64,000 nt of DNA from Magallana gigas. Lineage: Eukaryota. This document shows positions 44,571 through 57,449 of the stretch, piece by piece. Below the pieces are notes generated by a model. It had not been told where the DNA came from. It was given only the letters and a program-made list of their open reading frames with translations, and did no database searches. Within the stretch, counting starts at the first letter, position 1, and the number at the start of each line of letters is the position of its first letter. Location of the stretch: contig NC_088858.1 in NCBI RefSeq assembly GCF_963853765.1, forward strand, positions 6,696,001-6,760,000. The letters are read 5' to 3'. The translations under genes were made by a program, and so were the position numbers.

Positions 44571-45767
44571 CCCCAAAGGAACATGGATCTTTTTCAGTAT
44601 TTATAATGAAGAGGTACATGTATGCAGAGGTAAATTTAAGCAGTGTTTCCATTCTACACGTCTTGCACTTTTACACATAACCTCAGAGATTTTGCGAAGT
44701 TAAGTTGCATTAAATCAATGTCAAAGGTTATTAATTATCGGCTCCTTGTTAACAATCCACCATCTTTATTTCTGGTCCAATTTTTTTTTTAACATGTATC
44801 ACATCAATAGCTGGCAAAAATATCATCTTTAAAATTTTTTAATGTTATTGTAAATAACTTAAAAGGAAGGAAAATCTTTTTATACTATATAACTCTTATC
44901 AGATATATAAACGTATGTGTAAGTATTTGACCTCTTTCACAACAACACCATCCAATGTATAGGCCCATATCAGATATGATTGCGATAATCCTCGCATAGT
45001 AAGATCAAATGTATGAAATAAGACATACATCATTTAACGTCTGAACACTGCTAAATAATGATAATATTTATATATAATAATAATATTTATTGTATAATAC
45101 ATGGATCAAGCAATACAATTCAACAACGACAACATTTATGTACTAGTATTTCATACACTAGTATACAAATAGTCTTCGGCAATATACTTCAGACGCTACG
45201 CCGACGTAGATTTTGCATTTGAAGTCAGTTTTAAAAAAGCTCATACGAGGTCAAACTATTCAGATGGTGATTCGACTTTGTCGGTAGCCATACGACCACT
45301 TACTTATTTTTTAAATAAAAAATAGGGAGAAAATTATTGGTTGACGTAAATACACCCTATTATCCCCTGCCTGGACTCTGCTTAATCCACAGTGGTCTTC
45401 AAAGGAAGAACACGATGAAGCAATGTGGACAAATTTCGTATTAAAACGTTTTTGATATTTATTATTCAAAGTTAGTAGTGGGTGTGGCATGTACTGGTTT
45501 TATATTGTTCATTTTCATCATAGAACACGACCAGGACTGATCCTTGGTTAATTATTCAATAATAAATAAACAATGCAACAATCTCTCTCCTTGAAATCAA
45601 GTAGAGGCGAATAGCGATGATAGTTTTTTTCTTCTTTAATTCTTTTTATGTACACAATATCAGTGAAACAGTTCTTTTTATGAGTACTCCGGACTTGCCC
45701 TCAGTTAAATATAATCAATATCTTCCTCCTTGAAAAAAAGATCAAATGGAGACAAATAACGGTGATA

Positions 45768-48700
45768 TCAGTGAAATAGTTCTTTGTTGATGAGTACTCC
45801 GGACTGGCCCTCGGTTAAGCGACAGTCGTACTCTATCCAGGATAGAGCGTTGCCCCATCGACTGTGATCGGTCTCTGGCTGGGGGTAGAACTTACACTGG
45901 AGTAACGTTGTCAGTGTTACCTCCCCGTCAAACTACAGGAAAATATCATAAACATAACGGAATCATAAACAACTTCACGTCAGATAAAAGGAAACCTATT
46001 TCTATAGATATAATAAAATTTAATTTTACACAAGGAAGGGATTTCTTCAAGGTAATTCTACCGACACATTAACAAAAAACCATTTTTATTTTTATAATGA
46101 TCAGGAAACACGCTTTTCAGGGCTTGTTGTATTGATCAAGGAAATTGTCCAAGAAAAAGAGGTCTAAAAGTGTAAGCATGTGATTGCGGCTGAAGATGTT
46201 TTTTTTTTCAATAGCAGGACTATACATTTTTTCAAAGGGGAAAACTATTTAGTTGGGTATAGCTAGAAAGATAAAATTAAAACCAATGGAAATAAACAGC
46301 AATTAATATTGTCACATCATTCGGATATAATGACCCAGACATTTCGATCTTAACAATTCACAAAAAATTCTCTTATTGACACATTTAGATATTTCTCAGG
46401 CCGGTCCTTATTAGAAGGGATTATTTCGGTGTTTACAGTTATGACAAATGACTTGAGTGTTTAGTGTCAGATTTAGCCGTAACTTTAGATGTTGTACACC
46501 AAAATGAACATGAATTAATGCACCAATGTACATGATTGTATGAATGTAAATATTAATTCAAATAAGTAAATTTTGATAATCTTAATATATTCACCATAAG
46601 AACAACCGTGACATTTTTTCGGTTATTTCTTTTCTCCACGGCAAACCCCGATGTGTTGAAAACGGCAGAGAACCGGAAGTTATCATCTGATTTCTTGCCC
46701 GTTTCCGGTCTCACTTCCTTCAGCTCATACTTTTCTCCTTGAATCATTAAATCTCTGCAAGTGTCAACATTTAAATTCGTTAGATTTTTGGGTTTTAAAT
46801 GAATGTTTTATTGTTTTGTTTTATTTAATCTGTTTTAAAGGTATAAATTTCTAAATACGCTATGCAATCAAAACCCCTCGATAACTAGGGGGATTTGTCT
46901 ACATTGTTACAAGTACACCTGCAGGCTTGTTCACGAAACTTTCCTAAGATGTGACCTAAGTGTGTTCCTAAGATATGACTTAGGAAAAAAGTTAGGAACA
47001 TCCTAAGATCAACTTAGGACACGTCCTAAGATGTAGCTCGACGGTTACTTAGGAACATCTTAAGTTACTTCTACATCCATTAATATTTTTCACAATTATT
47101 CATTCAGATCGAATTTGAGAGACTTGTGTAGGGATGAATCATTAAACATTTTGCCAGAGAAAATTGTACGTCTCGGTAGTTAACACAAAAGGCCTAAAAC
47201 CAGTAATTTTAATGTATGCATTTTAATAATTTTACATTTACCTAAATATATATCAGTTACCAATAACAATTTAGTTTGTCCCCCCCCCCCCCAAAAAAAA
47301 ATTAAAATAAAAAATATTACAAGCCCCAAAAAATAGCTGTTCTTTTTAAAAAAAAAAAAAGAAGAAATATTTATCAGGACATAATTGGCTTACAAGCAGA
47401 TAATTATGTAAACAAGACGTGTGTATTGTCATTTCATAATTAACATTTGAGAATATTATCATTCAAGTATATGGAATACATAAACACGTGGTTTTCATAG
47501 AATTTGAAACATTATATGAAGAAACAAATGTACTCGTACAAACACAACCAATTTCCCTTTAATCTGCAATATATAGAATACACGAACATGTTAAATAAGA
47601 AATAAGTTGTAATATATTTCGAAAATATATACCGGTAAATACAGTTCATTCAACATTACAAATGTTTTAAAGATTATTGTGATAAAAATTAGGAATGATC
47701 ACGCATTGTATGTGCAACCCGATGTAAATTTACTTTTTATAGCAAAGGACATTTAAATAATTGTTATCAAAAATTATCATAATCAAAACAATGAATGTAA
47801 CTCATTTAGTGTACAATGTAGATTAAAAAAAATAAGTGAATAACTTTCATTCGTCAAACAGAGAAAGTATTTGCAAAAAAAAATCTTAATTTGTCAGCTC
47901 CAAGGCAGGCATGTAGCAACGGGGAAGTGGTGAGAGTTCGATGCCCCCCCCCCCCTCCCGGATAAGAAATTTGATGTTTGTCGAAAATGCTGGAACTGTG
48001 GAAAATATTGCCTTATTCTACCGGTCTTAAGAAAAGGCTTCACAAGATCCCAATATCCCTAAAAACGTGATTTTATAGCTTTAGGATGGTCTTAGGACAA
48101 GGTAGGTGATGTCTTAAAGTTAGGACAAAGTTATGGCGGTTCCTAAATTTAGGAGAGCTTCGAGAAACAGACTTAAGACTAGGACATGTCCTAAGATGTA
48201 CTTAGGACACACCATAGTCCTAAGACAGCTTCGTGAACATGCCTGCTGGTGTAGATGATTTACACTTTATAACAAGCGCAATTTGGTGTAGTGTACATTT
48301 TTAATATGAACGCCAAAGAAATGAAGGCTGCTGAGGAGTTCCGTTTTTAAGGCAATTTTTTCATTTTAAAAGTCTTTAAAAATACATAATTTTTGTAATC
48401 CATTGTGGCAATTATGTATTGTCAGTTTTCAGGTACATGCAAAATACAGTATGTTTTTGCTTCTTTGGGCTTAGGAACTTTATTTAGGAGAGATACAAGC
48501 AAAAATAAATAAATAAAGTGAATTTACTTACTTTACAACTGAATAGTTTAACCAAAATTGCTAGAGAGCTAGTGCATTCATATGCATTGATAAATAAATG
48601 TGTTATAACGCTGTAGAACTTGGACAATTGTTCAATATTTTGTTAACATATTTTTCTCGTGTCTCTGAATGTACACATCATATGTTATCATTTTCTTTAT

Positions 48701-49902
48701 TGGAAAAGACATACGTTTTATAGCTGTTATAATGATAAACAATACAGAAAAAAATACAGGCAAAAGTGGATGGTTATCGAGGTAATGTGNNNNNNNNNNN
48801 NNNNNNNNNNNNNNNNNNNNNNNNNNNNNNNNNNNNNNNNNNNNNNNNNNNNNNNNNNNNNNNNNNNNNNNNNNNNNNNNNNNNNNNNNNNNNNNNNNNN
48901 NNNNNNNNNNNNNNNNNNNNNNNNNNNNNNNNNNNNNNNNNNNNNNNNAGTGGAGGGGGCAGACTCATCCAAAAAATATAACTTCAATTTCAGTGTTCAT
49001 TTTTTTTATTTATTAAACTTCAATTTTTCACTTGGTATAAAAAAAGGGGACCGTAACTCCTTGATAATTCACCTTTAATGTATGAAAAATCTTTTCTGCG
49101 ACACAGGAAGGGGGGGGGGGCAGACCCTCCTGGCCTCTCTGATGCTACGTCTCACTCTCTCTCTCTCTCTCTCTCTCTCAATTCTATATTTTTTTCCTGC
49201 AAAAATCGTTCAAAATCAAATTAAATTTGCCCATTTGATCACTTCTTCCATTACTATATTTTATTATCAGAATCTCGAGAGTCAAGTCAGATCGTAAATT
49301 CGTGTACCAGTCAGTGCTTGTAAAAGTAAACATTTCAATGTGATCAAACAATGATGAGGCGTGGATCTATTCTTGGGTGCTAATGAAATACTTTTGAGTT
49401 AACTGTATTAGATTATCATTTGTATCAACCAGGACAATCAAATTCCAATTATCGGTTTAAAGCACAATTGACAGCCTACTAAGAGAATAATCCACATGAG
49501 TCGGCAATTTTATCAGTTGCTACCATCGCGAAGCTCACGTTAAGGATTTTTTCATGTTTCTAATTTATTTTTTACTTAATTGCTGAATAATCTCAATGTG
49601 ATCAGGGTTGGCGGGTCCATGCGTCGTTATCTTTTAAGCATGCTACATTTATCTAGGCAGACTCTTACATATACACCTGTCGGAGCAATATTTTCTATGT
49701 ATGGCGAGTAAGCGAGGGTACGATGTTCACCTGAGACTTACCTGAGAAGGAGAGGAGACTGTACGGTGATTATGTAGTCCGTATCCTGGTTCAGTTTGAG
49801 GGTGTGAGGGTGGTCGAACCTCTCCCCGTCATGTTTATAACACACCCCGCCCCCGCCCTCCTTTTGCCGGAGGAAGAGGAGAACCTTTAACTGAGAGGAC
49901 AT
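45768..49902 (-). CDS. CNRIP1: CB1 cannabinoid receptor-interacting protein 1 (CRIP1a) orthologue; 161 aa
   Basis: Exons 49902-49742, 46754-46595, 45932-45768 (486 nt, GT-AG, phases 2 and 0). Translation: MSSQLKVLLFLRQKEGGGGVCYKHDGERFDHPHTLKLNQDTDYIITVQSPLLLRDLMIQGEKYELKEVRPETGKKSDDNFRFSAVFNTSGFAVEKRNNRKNVTVVLMFDGEVTLTTLLQCKFYPQPETDHSRWGNALSWIEYDCRLTEGQSGVLINKELFH. Family motifs recognised: YK.DG.RF, T.KL, Q.KFY, H..WG, IEY.C, NKE.F. Confidence 0.92.
46922..48245. mobile_element. Non-autonomous TIR DNA transposon (1324 bp) with a 3-bp TSD, in CNRIP1 intron 1
   Basis: TIR CAGGCTTGTTCACGAA / TTCGTGAACATGCCTG. TSD CTG at 46919-21 and 48246-48. Dense subterminal TCCTAAG/CTTAGGA motifs at both ends. 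The superfamily (PIF/Harbinger or Academ type) is uncertain. Confidence 0.85.
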
Positions 49903-50958
49903 CTACTGACTCTTTCCCCCCTCACGCCCCTCCGGAATATCAGTATGCAGCGACGAGCACTTCAGAGGACGGTTGTAAACAGGCGCTCGTCATATAAACG
50001 ACCTGTTTCTGTCGTTTTGCACAGCGATCGATGAAACAAAATTCTTTCATGGAGCAAAATTTCTTAACATGGATAGGACAAACCAGTGTGCTAGGATAAT
50101 GCCATTTATCCCGATGCTATCTCTGCACTGGCTTTATATACCTTTTTATTTTCATTTTAATTATATCCGGTTGGGTTTTTCGTCCTTTTTCTCTTTCTCC
50201 TTTCTCATTTCTCTCTTAAACTGTCTTTCTGGTTTAACTCGGATAGAAAAAGAAAAGAGTTGGACGGGACAATCAGAAAATTGTCAGAGAGAGAGAGAGA
50301 GAGAGACAAAGAGAGAGACAGAGACAGAGAGAGAGAGACAGAGAGACACACACAGAGAGAGAGACAGAGACAGAGAATGGTCCCTCATTTCTTCAAATTT
50401 TGTTTTTGTCTAGTTTTAGCAAACTTGTAAATAAACAAAAGAATATCCATAATGCAACACGAACCCTAGAGTTTAAATATACGTAGGTAACTAAAACGTC
50501 TTGAATGACCCATGAATATCGACCCGTGCAGAAATTGCCTTATATTGATTTGCCTGAACTGCGCATAGAATTGTAAGTACTTGTTGTATACTAGTATCCT
50601 ATATAATGTCATCTGTGTCCAAACTGATACACAGAAGGATTCCCATGCAGAGAAAGCTTTGCATTATTTTTTTAATGAAAAATATTCATCTAGTAATAGT
50701 ATTGTAATGGATTTGACCAAACATTTCCAAATATTTTGGAAGATCGATAGCAAGAGGCATGTAAACCTCAGTGCTCACCTTACCTAACACTTGATCAATA
50801 ACTGCTTTTTATTTGAGGATGCTAGGCAGAGTTGACACTGTCAACTGAATATTATTAGATGTTCACATTTGAAGAATTTAGGATGATACATTTTCACGTC
50901 AAGACCAGGGTCTAGAATTTAAAAAAGCATTTTTACACTCAACTCTTCATTATTATGA

Positions 50959-51933
50959 TTAGCTCGCCTGGGCCGAAAATTCAATTGAGCATTTCTGATC
51001 ATCGATGGTCCACGTGTTCCCACGGAACCACTGTGCCAGACTCGAAAAAAAAAACCCAGTATGATTTAAGGTATATTTGTAGAGATGTAGCTCTACGGGG
51101 AAATCTGGGTTCAGGGACAGTAGAGCTTAAGTTTCGTACATTAAAAAATCTTGCAGTTTACGGCGCATAAAAACTGCGCTAATTTCTTTTCCTTCGCTTT
51201 TAAGCATCCTTGTAACTATTCAAAGGTTTTCCAATATGCGTGTAAAAACTAATTTATTACAAAAGTCATGTGTGTACTTATGTTGTGAAAGAAGTAAATT
51301 CAATACAAAAATGCGCCAGTTTTTTTGTTTATTATTAATCTCACTTCCTAAAATAAATCAGAAGACTTACAATTAATAATTTCGTCTGTCTCTCTTTTTT
51401 TTTAAACCCAAAACATCTTGTCTAGCCAACTTGCTTCTTAAAAGTAACTCTCTATCTGCGCAGAGGTCTGTTTTTTGCTTGTCAATAAGTTTTTGAGTTG
51501 TAAAATATTTCGGTTTTTTTCTCTATCTCTCTCTCTCTTTGGGGGAAGTCCTCTGGATCATCATTCATCATAATTTTATTCTAAGTTTGTCTGATTGACA
51601 ACAAGAGTAGAGAAAATGAAATATTTTAGTAATGTGTCATGACCAAATGAATAAGGCATCAGAGCCTGGTGAGGGTCATAAGTTTTAATCCCTCTTAATC
51701 TTGAATTGAATCATATGTTTGAAAGCTTTAGTGATGAACATACTTCTATTATGTGATTTTTTTTTATCAGTCTTGTAATATCTTTAACTTGTTTAGCTAA
51801 GCAATGTATCTTCGATCAGTTCATTTTACTTTTTATAATAATTGTGATAATAAAACTCTAATGGTAAGGACTCTTAACATGTACCAGTAAAATGTGTAAT
51901 ACTCAGGTGACTGTTAAGGTCATTAGGTCTCTT
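50959..51933 (+). mobile_element. Degenerate Helentron/HINE-like element
   Basis: Starts TTAGCTCGCCTGGGCCGAAAATTCAATTGAGCATTTCTGATC and ends AATACTCAGGTGACTGTTAAGGTCATTAGGTCTCTT, like the termini of the other copies. Confidence 0.45.
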
Positions 51934-53114
51934 TAAAAAAAATTATTGGGGCAATTTTCATTAAAAAAAATCATTGCATACATCTTCAAGGAATGTTGAG
52001 ACATAAACTCAAGATTTAGTAGTCCAAATTAGTTCATATATATAAATACATGTATTAATTGTTTTTACAACACGTAATAAAATGGCGTTCACATAGACTA
52101 GGCCAAATGTTTAAGTGAGAGAGAGAGATGGTGCAAGCGCCTAAAGATGCACAAACATTAATTAAAAACCCTGTTTTTGATCTCCTAAAAGAAAAAAAGC
52201 CAAATTAATATGTAAGTTTTTATTCAAAGTAGAAAAAAATGCAGAATGAAAAGTAGAATAGTAAACAAACATGCAGACTTTGAGACTAAATAAAAGCTCC
52301 GAACAACATCTGGTACATGTAATTTAATCACAGCATCCTGTACAACTTAACAAAATCATTTTAATGCAGGTTACATTTGTATGACAACCATACATAAATA
52401 GCTGTAGTATTTGTATTAAAAAAAATGAAGAAAAAAAACTTCATACATGTCCAAGAATTTCCTTTGGTGTATCTCTCTCACCATGATACCTAAATCATAC
52501 AATATTTCTAAAGTTCTAAACCCTCAATAATCACAGTAAGGTTTTGCTTGGTTTAAATTTAAAAAAAGTTATTGCATATTTTATATACAGTCTTGAATCC
52601 TCTTACTTGCATAAACAAACATGATTTTCAGGACCCATAAGTGACACAGCCCATCGTTATAGATTTACAGTACAGATAGTCATGCATTCTTGAGCAAAGT
52701 GTAAACAAACAAACTACAACAAACCTTAACAACATTCAATCAGGAGAGATAACTCTGGACTCCAGTTTTATTTTAAACATCAATAAATACTGGAACATTT
52801 CACTTAGCAACACACTGTAAGGTTTACGGTATATTTTGAGGAGTTTTTAGAGATAATTGCACATCATCATCAATAACATATAACCTTGTTTACGAACACA
52901 GACAAAAGATCTGAAAAAAAGTTATTACGGTAAAAAGATCACATACAATATATTTTACTTCTGGAATGATAGTACTAGTATGCATAGATAACAAAATAAT
53001 CCTTTACTACCTACATGTGCATAAGCTTGCATGAATAACCAAAATTTTTCCTTGAAAAACATGAGATCAAGAAACATGTAAATAAAATAACAAATTGATC
53101 CTGAGTTTTCCCAA

Positions 53115-56100
53115 CTATTCAGCTTCACCTTGAAGCACAGAATATTCTACATTGTACTTTTTTTTCTCTCTTTGTCCACGTCGTGCAAAAGAAAAGGTAA
53201 CCACCATCACAGCTAACAAGCTCAGAAACAGAAAGAGCCACCAAAATACAGAGCTAGGCCAGGCAGAGTTCCGATAATTCACATCAGAGTGGACGTCAAT
53301 GCCCCATACGTCGTCCAGCAGACTGAAGGCCTTGTTTGAGTCGTGTCCAATCCCCCCTACAACGTACAATTCATTCCACGTATGAAAAGATATGGCATCA
53401 GTGCGGCAGCTTGGGTATTTCCCGTTCTCAAACTCGTTGTTCGCTGAACCATAACTTCCAGGGTCACTACCCATGTTGGTGCCACCCATCCATGACCACA
53501 TCTTATAGTCCAGATCAAAATACCACAGGTCATTCAAAATAACATCTGGTAACTCACTGGAGATGGATTTGGATTCTGATGATGCTCCCTCTCCCCCAAA
53601 CATCCACAGATGCCCCTCGCTATCAGTCCAACTGATGGCTCCTCTCCGGCATCCTGGAATACTCTTCTTATTCGCCTTTCCTTTCTGTCCATAATAACCA
53701 GGTAAACATTTGCTCTCTCCCATTAATTTTTCCCATGTGTTTTTCTTACAATTGAAATTCCATAAATCGGTTGAAAACCCAGAGTTATGATGAGAATCAA
53801 TCTTATTCTCATTTTGGCTATTTCCAGCAAACAAATAAAGCTGTTCATTATGCCCTACCCATGCTGCTGCCCCACTACGGCCGCCCGGATAAGAAATGCT
53901 GGGAGGAATTATGCCCTCACGGTGAAGTTCTGCTGATAGTTTTTCCTGTCGCCAAGTAAGATCAACCAAACTATACTCCCACATATCATCCAAAAGAGCA
54001 GAATTTTCTGATATTCCTCCATAAATCATCATCTTTGTCTGCATACACCACAACACAGCATCTGCTCTGGGATTAGGAGAGTCAACCACAGATTCATTCC
54101 GAAGTTTTTTCAACATTTCTGCGAGAGGAAGCCATTTCTTTTCTTTAAATGTGAAGATCCAGGTGTCTCCAAACACTTGCTTGTCTTTATTCATTCCCCC
54201 AAACAGCACAATCAGCACATTGGGCACCCCGCACATTGATGCCAACCTCCTTGCAGCAGGTACCCTTTGATCTTTGGAAGACACATCTGACTTTTCAGAT
54301 CCAGGATGTTCAAGAGTCCACTCTCTCTTTATTACATTATATTTCCAAAGGTCATTCTTCAGAGCTGATTTTCCATTGTAAATTCCTTGTCCCCCAAACA
54401 CCCACGTATTAAACACATCCTCCTGCCAGAATGCACCCCCTCCTCGTGAGCCAATGGAGTTCTGGGTTGATTCCTGATTTCCATGACTGTTTCCATATGA
54501 CCATCTAAAGCGTACACCTGTAATATATTAAAACTGTATAAAAATGCAAGCTCCACAATAAATTTTAAGTACCGGTATAAGTGTTTACTGCATTATCATT
54601 GGTTTACCATAACTAGCACTCACAACAAGTGGACAGTTAGGCTATCTTTAAAAATAAATTTTGTTTGAAATTGCCGCATGGGGGTTTCTAGACCCGAGAG
54701 AGAGGGAATTTTTTTAAAAATACATAACTGCATATATAAAAGAGTTCTTTATTTTTTGCTAATAAAATCTTATCAGCGGGGAATACATGTATTTCAATGA
54801 GGCAAGCAAACAATAATTTTATTTTGGCCTTAGATGCTTGAAATGGCATCAAGAGACTTTGTACCCAATATGAGTTGAGTTGAACATATTTTATTGACTA
54901 ATGCCTAATATGAGTACAAATTCTTAGTTTTGTTAGTTTTCTTCAATAGTAATTGTTGGTAGCTTTGTAATTTATATTCATTTGAATTTATTATATTACT
55001 TTAAAAAATCAATTTTCCAAAATCTGATTTAAAAATGTTCTTTAAATAAAATGTTTCACATATTTTAGACTCAAGATTATTCAGGGCAGTAATCTCAAAT
55101 GACAAGTTGTTGGAAATTATGAGAGAAGGGTGAAAGAAGATTTAAACTAAATTACCAATCAAAATCAAACAGTAAGTAATTACAGGTAACTTAAAAAAAA
55201 AAAATGGGTTGTGGGGTGTGTGAATGGGGGGAGTTATTACAAAATCATAAATTTTTCTCCTTGTGTGAAATTTGTCGTAAAGATATATTGTATAGGCTAA
55301 CATACCCTTTCACAGTAACTGCAGTCTTCTTTCTTGCAGGCAAAATGAGATCATTTAGTGAAATATGTAATACGCATATCATTATTTGCTTATTCTATGT
55401 CATTTAATTCTCTACTTCTTAAACTTCCCAAAATTAATCAATTAGCTCTGCAAAAAAGCAGTATTGCATGCAGTTACTGTGAAAGGGTCTCTTTATACAT
55501 TGTATCTTAGATATTGACTGAAATGAGTGAAGGTTAATGACTTTAAAGGGACTATATACATCAAAAGACTTTTAGCGCACATGGTGATGTACATATAATC
55601 CAAAGTTTTTCTATACTACAGCACTCATTAAGTGTAAAAATGTGGAGTACAGTGATTTTTCTCTGTTTTTAAAAGGGACCTGTGGCTTTTAAATTGGAAT
55701 TCAAATTAAATTGTCAGTTAGAAAAATTTTACTAATAGACCCCTTCACGATAATTGCGGTACTGCTATCTTGCAGGGCAAAATGATATACTTTGCCGAAA
55801 TTTCAGTAGGAAGATAATTAAATGACGTAAATGAAACAATTGATGTTACGTCATATTTCACCAAATTATGTCATTTTGCCCTGCAAAAGAGCAGTACCGC
55901 AGTTACCGTGAAGGGGTTAATAAATGTAGATAAACTATCCAGTAAATTAAAATGATTTGTTTTAATTTTATCTGTTGTATATTGTATTATCATCAATCAT
56001 TTCTTGTGCTGCTCATTTAAATGAACTTTAGGAATACAAAATCCATTTTTTTTTCTTGGCATTAAAAATTAAGGCAGCAAAGTGCAGGTTCAATTGAGAA

Positions 56101-56918
56101 AACCTGTATTAATTGCAAGGGGAAAGTGACAAATTTTAGACCTAAATATCACTGTCAAGACAGCACTTAGATTAGGGAAATAACAGCTAAAGGTAGTTAG
56201 CTAATGGATTTCCTTTTAAAATGGTATAGGCCATAGGCGCTCCCCAGCTAATTTTGTAAATGACAAACGGCATCAGATCTATTTATATATGTCTACCCTC
56301 TATACAATTTTATAGTATGCATGAATAGATATCGTTCGTCATTTACAAAATTAGCTGGGGAGCGTCTATGGTATAGGCTATATAACCATGGGAACAGTAG
56401 ATGTGTCCAGTGAATGTTGTTGTTATTTTTTGTTTGTTTTTTTTTTACTGGAAATGAGTTTTTGAAGTTAATTTAAAAAAATAAATTAATGATACAAACG
56501 ACATTATTATTACTGTAAGAGTCTTGTGCTTATATTTTTAATAAAATAACACCCCACTTCAACTAAAAAATTCATTTTGAGAGAGTTAACAAGAGAGATT
56601 TTATTTATACATGTAACCTGGTAACGACCGTAAAAATATTACTTCTGTTCCCTAACTGTCAAAGAATCTAACGTGAAAGTTTCGTCAACCACAGAAAAAG
56701 TAAAACTGCTCTCACTGTCAATAACAGCGTCTGCACGAAGGACGGCAACTCAAAGCACAGAAAAAACCCCAGAAAAATAGATTGCAAAATTTCTCTGATA
56801 AGTTGAAATTTAACAAAAAAGAGGTGATAAAATATACTTAAGTAAAGGTAATTTAGATTGACTTACCGCTTATTTGAGGGGCTATCAGAATCACAAGACA
56901 TGAGCAAATAAATTGCAT
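53115..56918 (-). CDS. Kelch-repeat (beta-propeller) type I membrane protein; 484 aa
   Basis: Exon 1 (56918-56867) encodes the signal-peptide-like MQFICSCLVILIAPQIS with donor G|GTAAGT. Exon 2 (54517-53115) joins in phase 1. About six kelch blades (WVFGG..NDLWKY, VLFGG..GDTWIF, MIYGG..DDMWEY, YLFAG..TDLWNF, WMFGG..NDLWYF, YVVGG..DDVWGI), then TM VFWWLFLFLSLLAVMVVTFSFA and tail RRGQREKKKYNVEYSVLQGEAE. Confidence 0.88.
55304..55917. mobile_element. Two neighbouring copies of a MITE of about 180 bp (55304-55488 and 55739-55917)
   Basis: Both carry the TIR ACCC(T/C)TTCAC(A/G)..AA(C/T)TGC(A/G)GT / its complement GTTAC(T/C)GTGAA(A/G)GGGT, with similar inner GCAAAATGA motifs. Confidence 0.75.
56231..56371. 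mobile_element. 141-bp MITE/hairpin
   Basis: Arms CCATAGGCGCTCCCCAGCTAATTTTGTAAATGAC / GTCATTTACAAAATTAGCTGGGGAGCGTCTATGG (34 bp, 1 mismatch). Confidence 0.8.
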
Positions 56919-57449
56919 TTTTGTACATGCATTTACGATACCCACGGGTGTACCCATTGCGAAATAGGACTTTCAATCCTGGTCAGATCGACGCTTAACC
57001 AAATCGGCACGAAGAATGGGACACTTTCACAAGTAATAGCTTGCACGTCGCTAAAATTCTGACTTCTTCACACTTAGCTAAAACTGTGATTTTCACACCC
57101 GAGTGAGCACTGAGACCCTATAATCCGTTTTAGGTGTGAACTACATGTATAATAATTTTGTTAGATATTCTTGACAATATGGAAAAATTAAAATTTTTAA
57201 AACACACGTGTCTTTAACCACATTGACAATGAACAATATAATAGTGATACCACAAGGAACCGCAATGAATAATGAACCACAGTAATACTTCAATAAACTT
57301 TATTAAGGTGATAATGTCAAAAAATATAACTACAGTTTCAGCATTTAAGAACAGCCTCAAAAATATTATTAGTAAAAAACTGAATATGCATAAAATTTAT
57401 TTAACCATGACAAAAGATTAGAAAATATTTGGCATTGTCATTTGAGAAA

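Noticed and set aside
45785-45870. Hammerhead-like or structured ncRNA (TGATGAG plus hairpins)
   Set aside because: The GAAA core is missing, and the segment is the antisense of CNRIP1 exon 3.
49736-49760. Recursive splice site (pyrimidine tract, AG, then GTAAGT on the minus strand)
   Set aside because: The pyrimidine run is the coding end of CNRIP1 exon 1 (SPLLL), followed by its normal donor.
50069-50413. 114-aa ORF with an ERERET-rich tail
   Set aside because: It is produced by a compound GA microsatellite and T-rich sequence.
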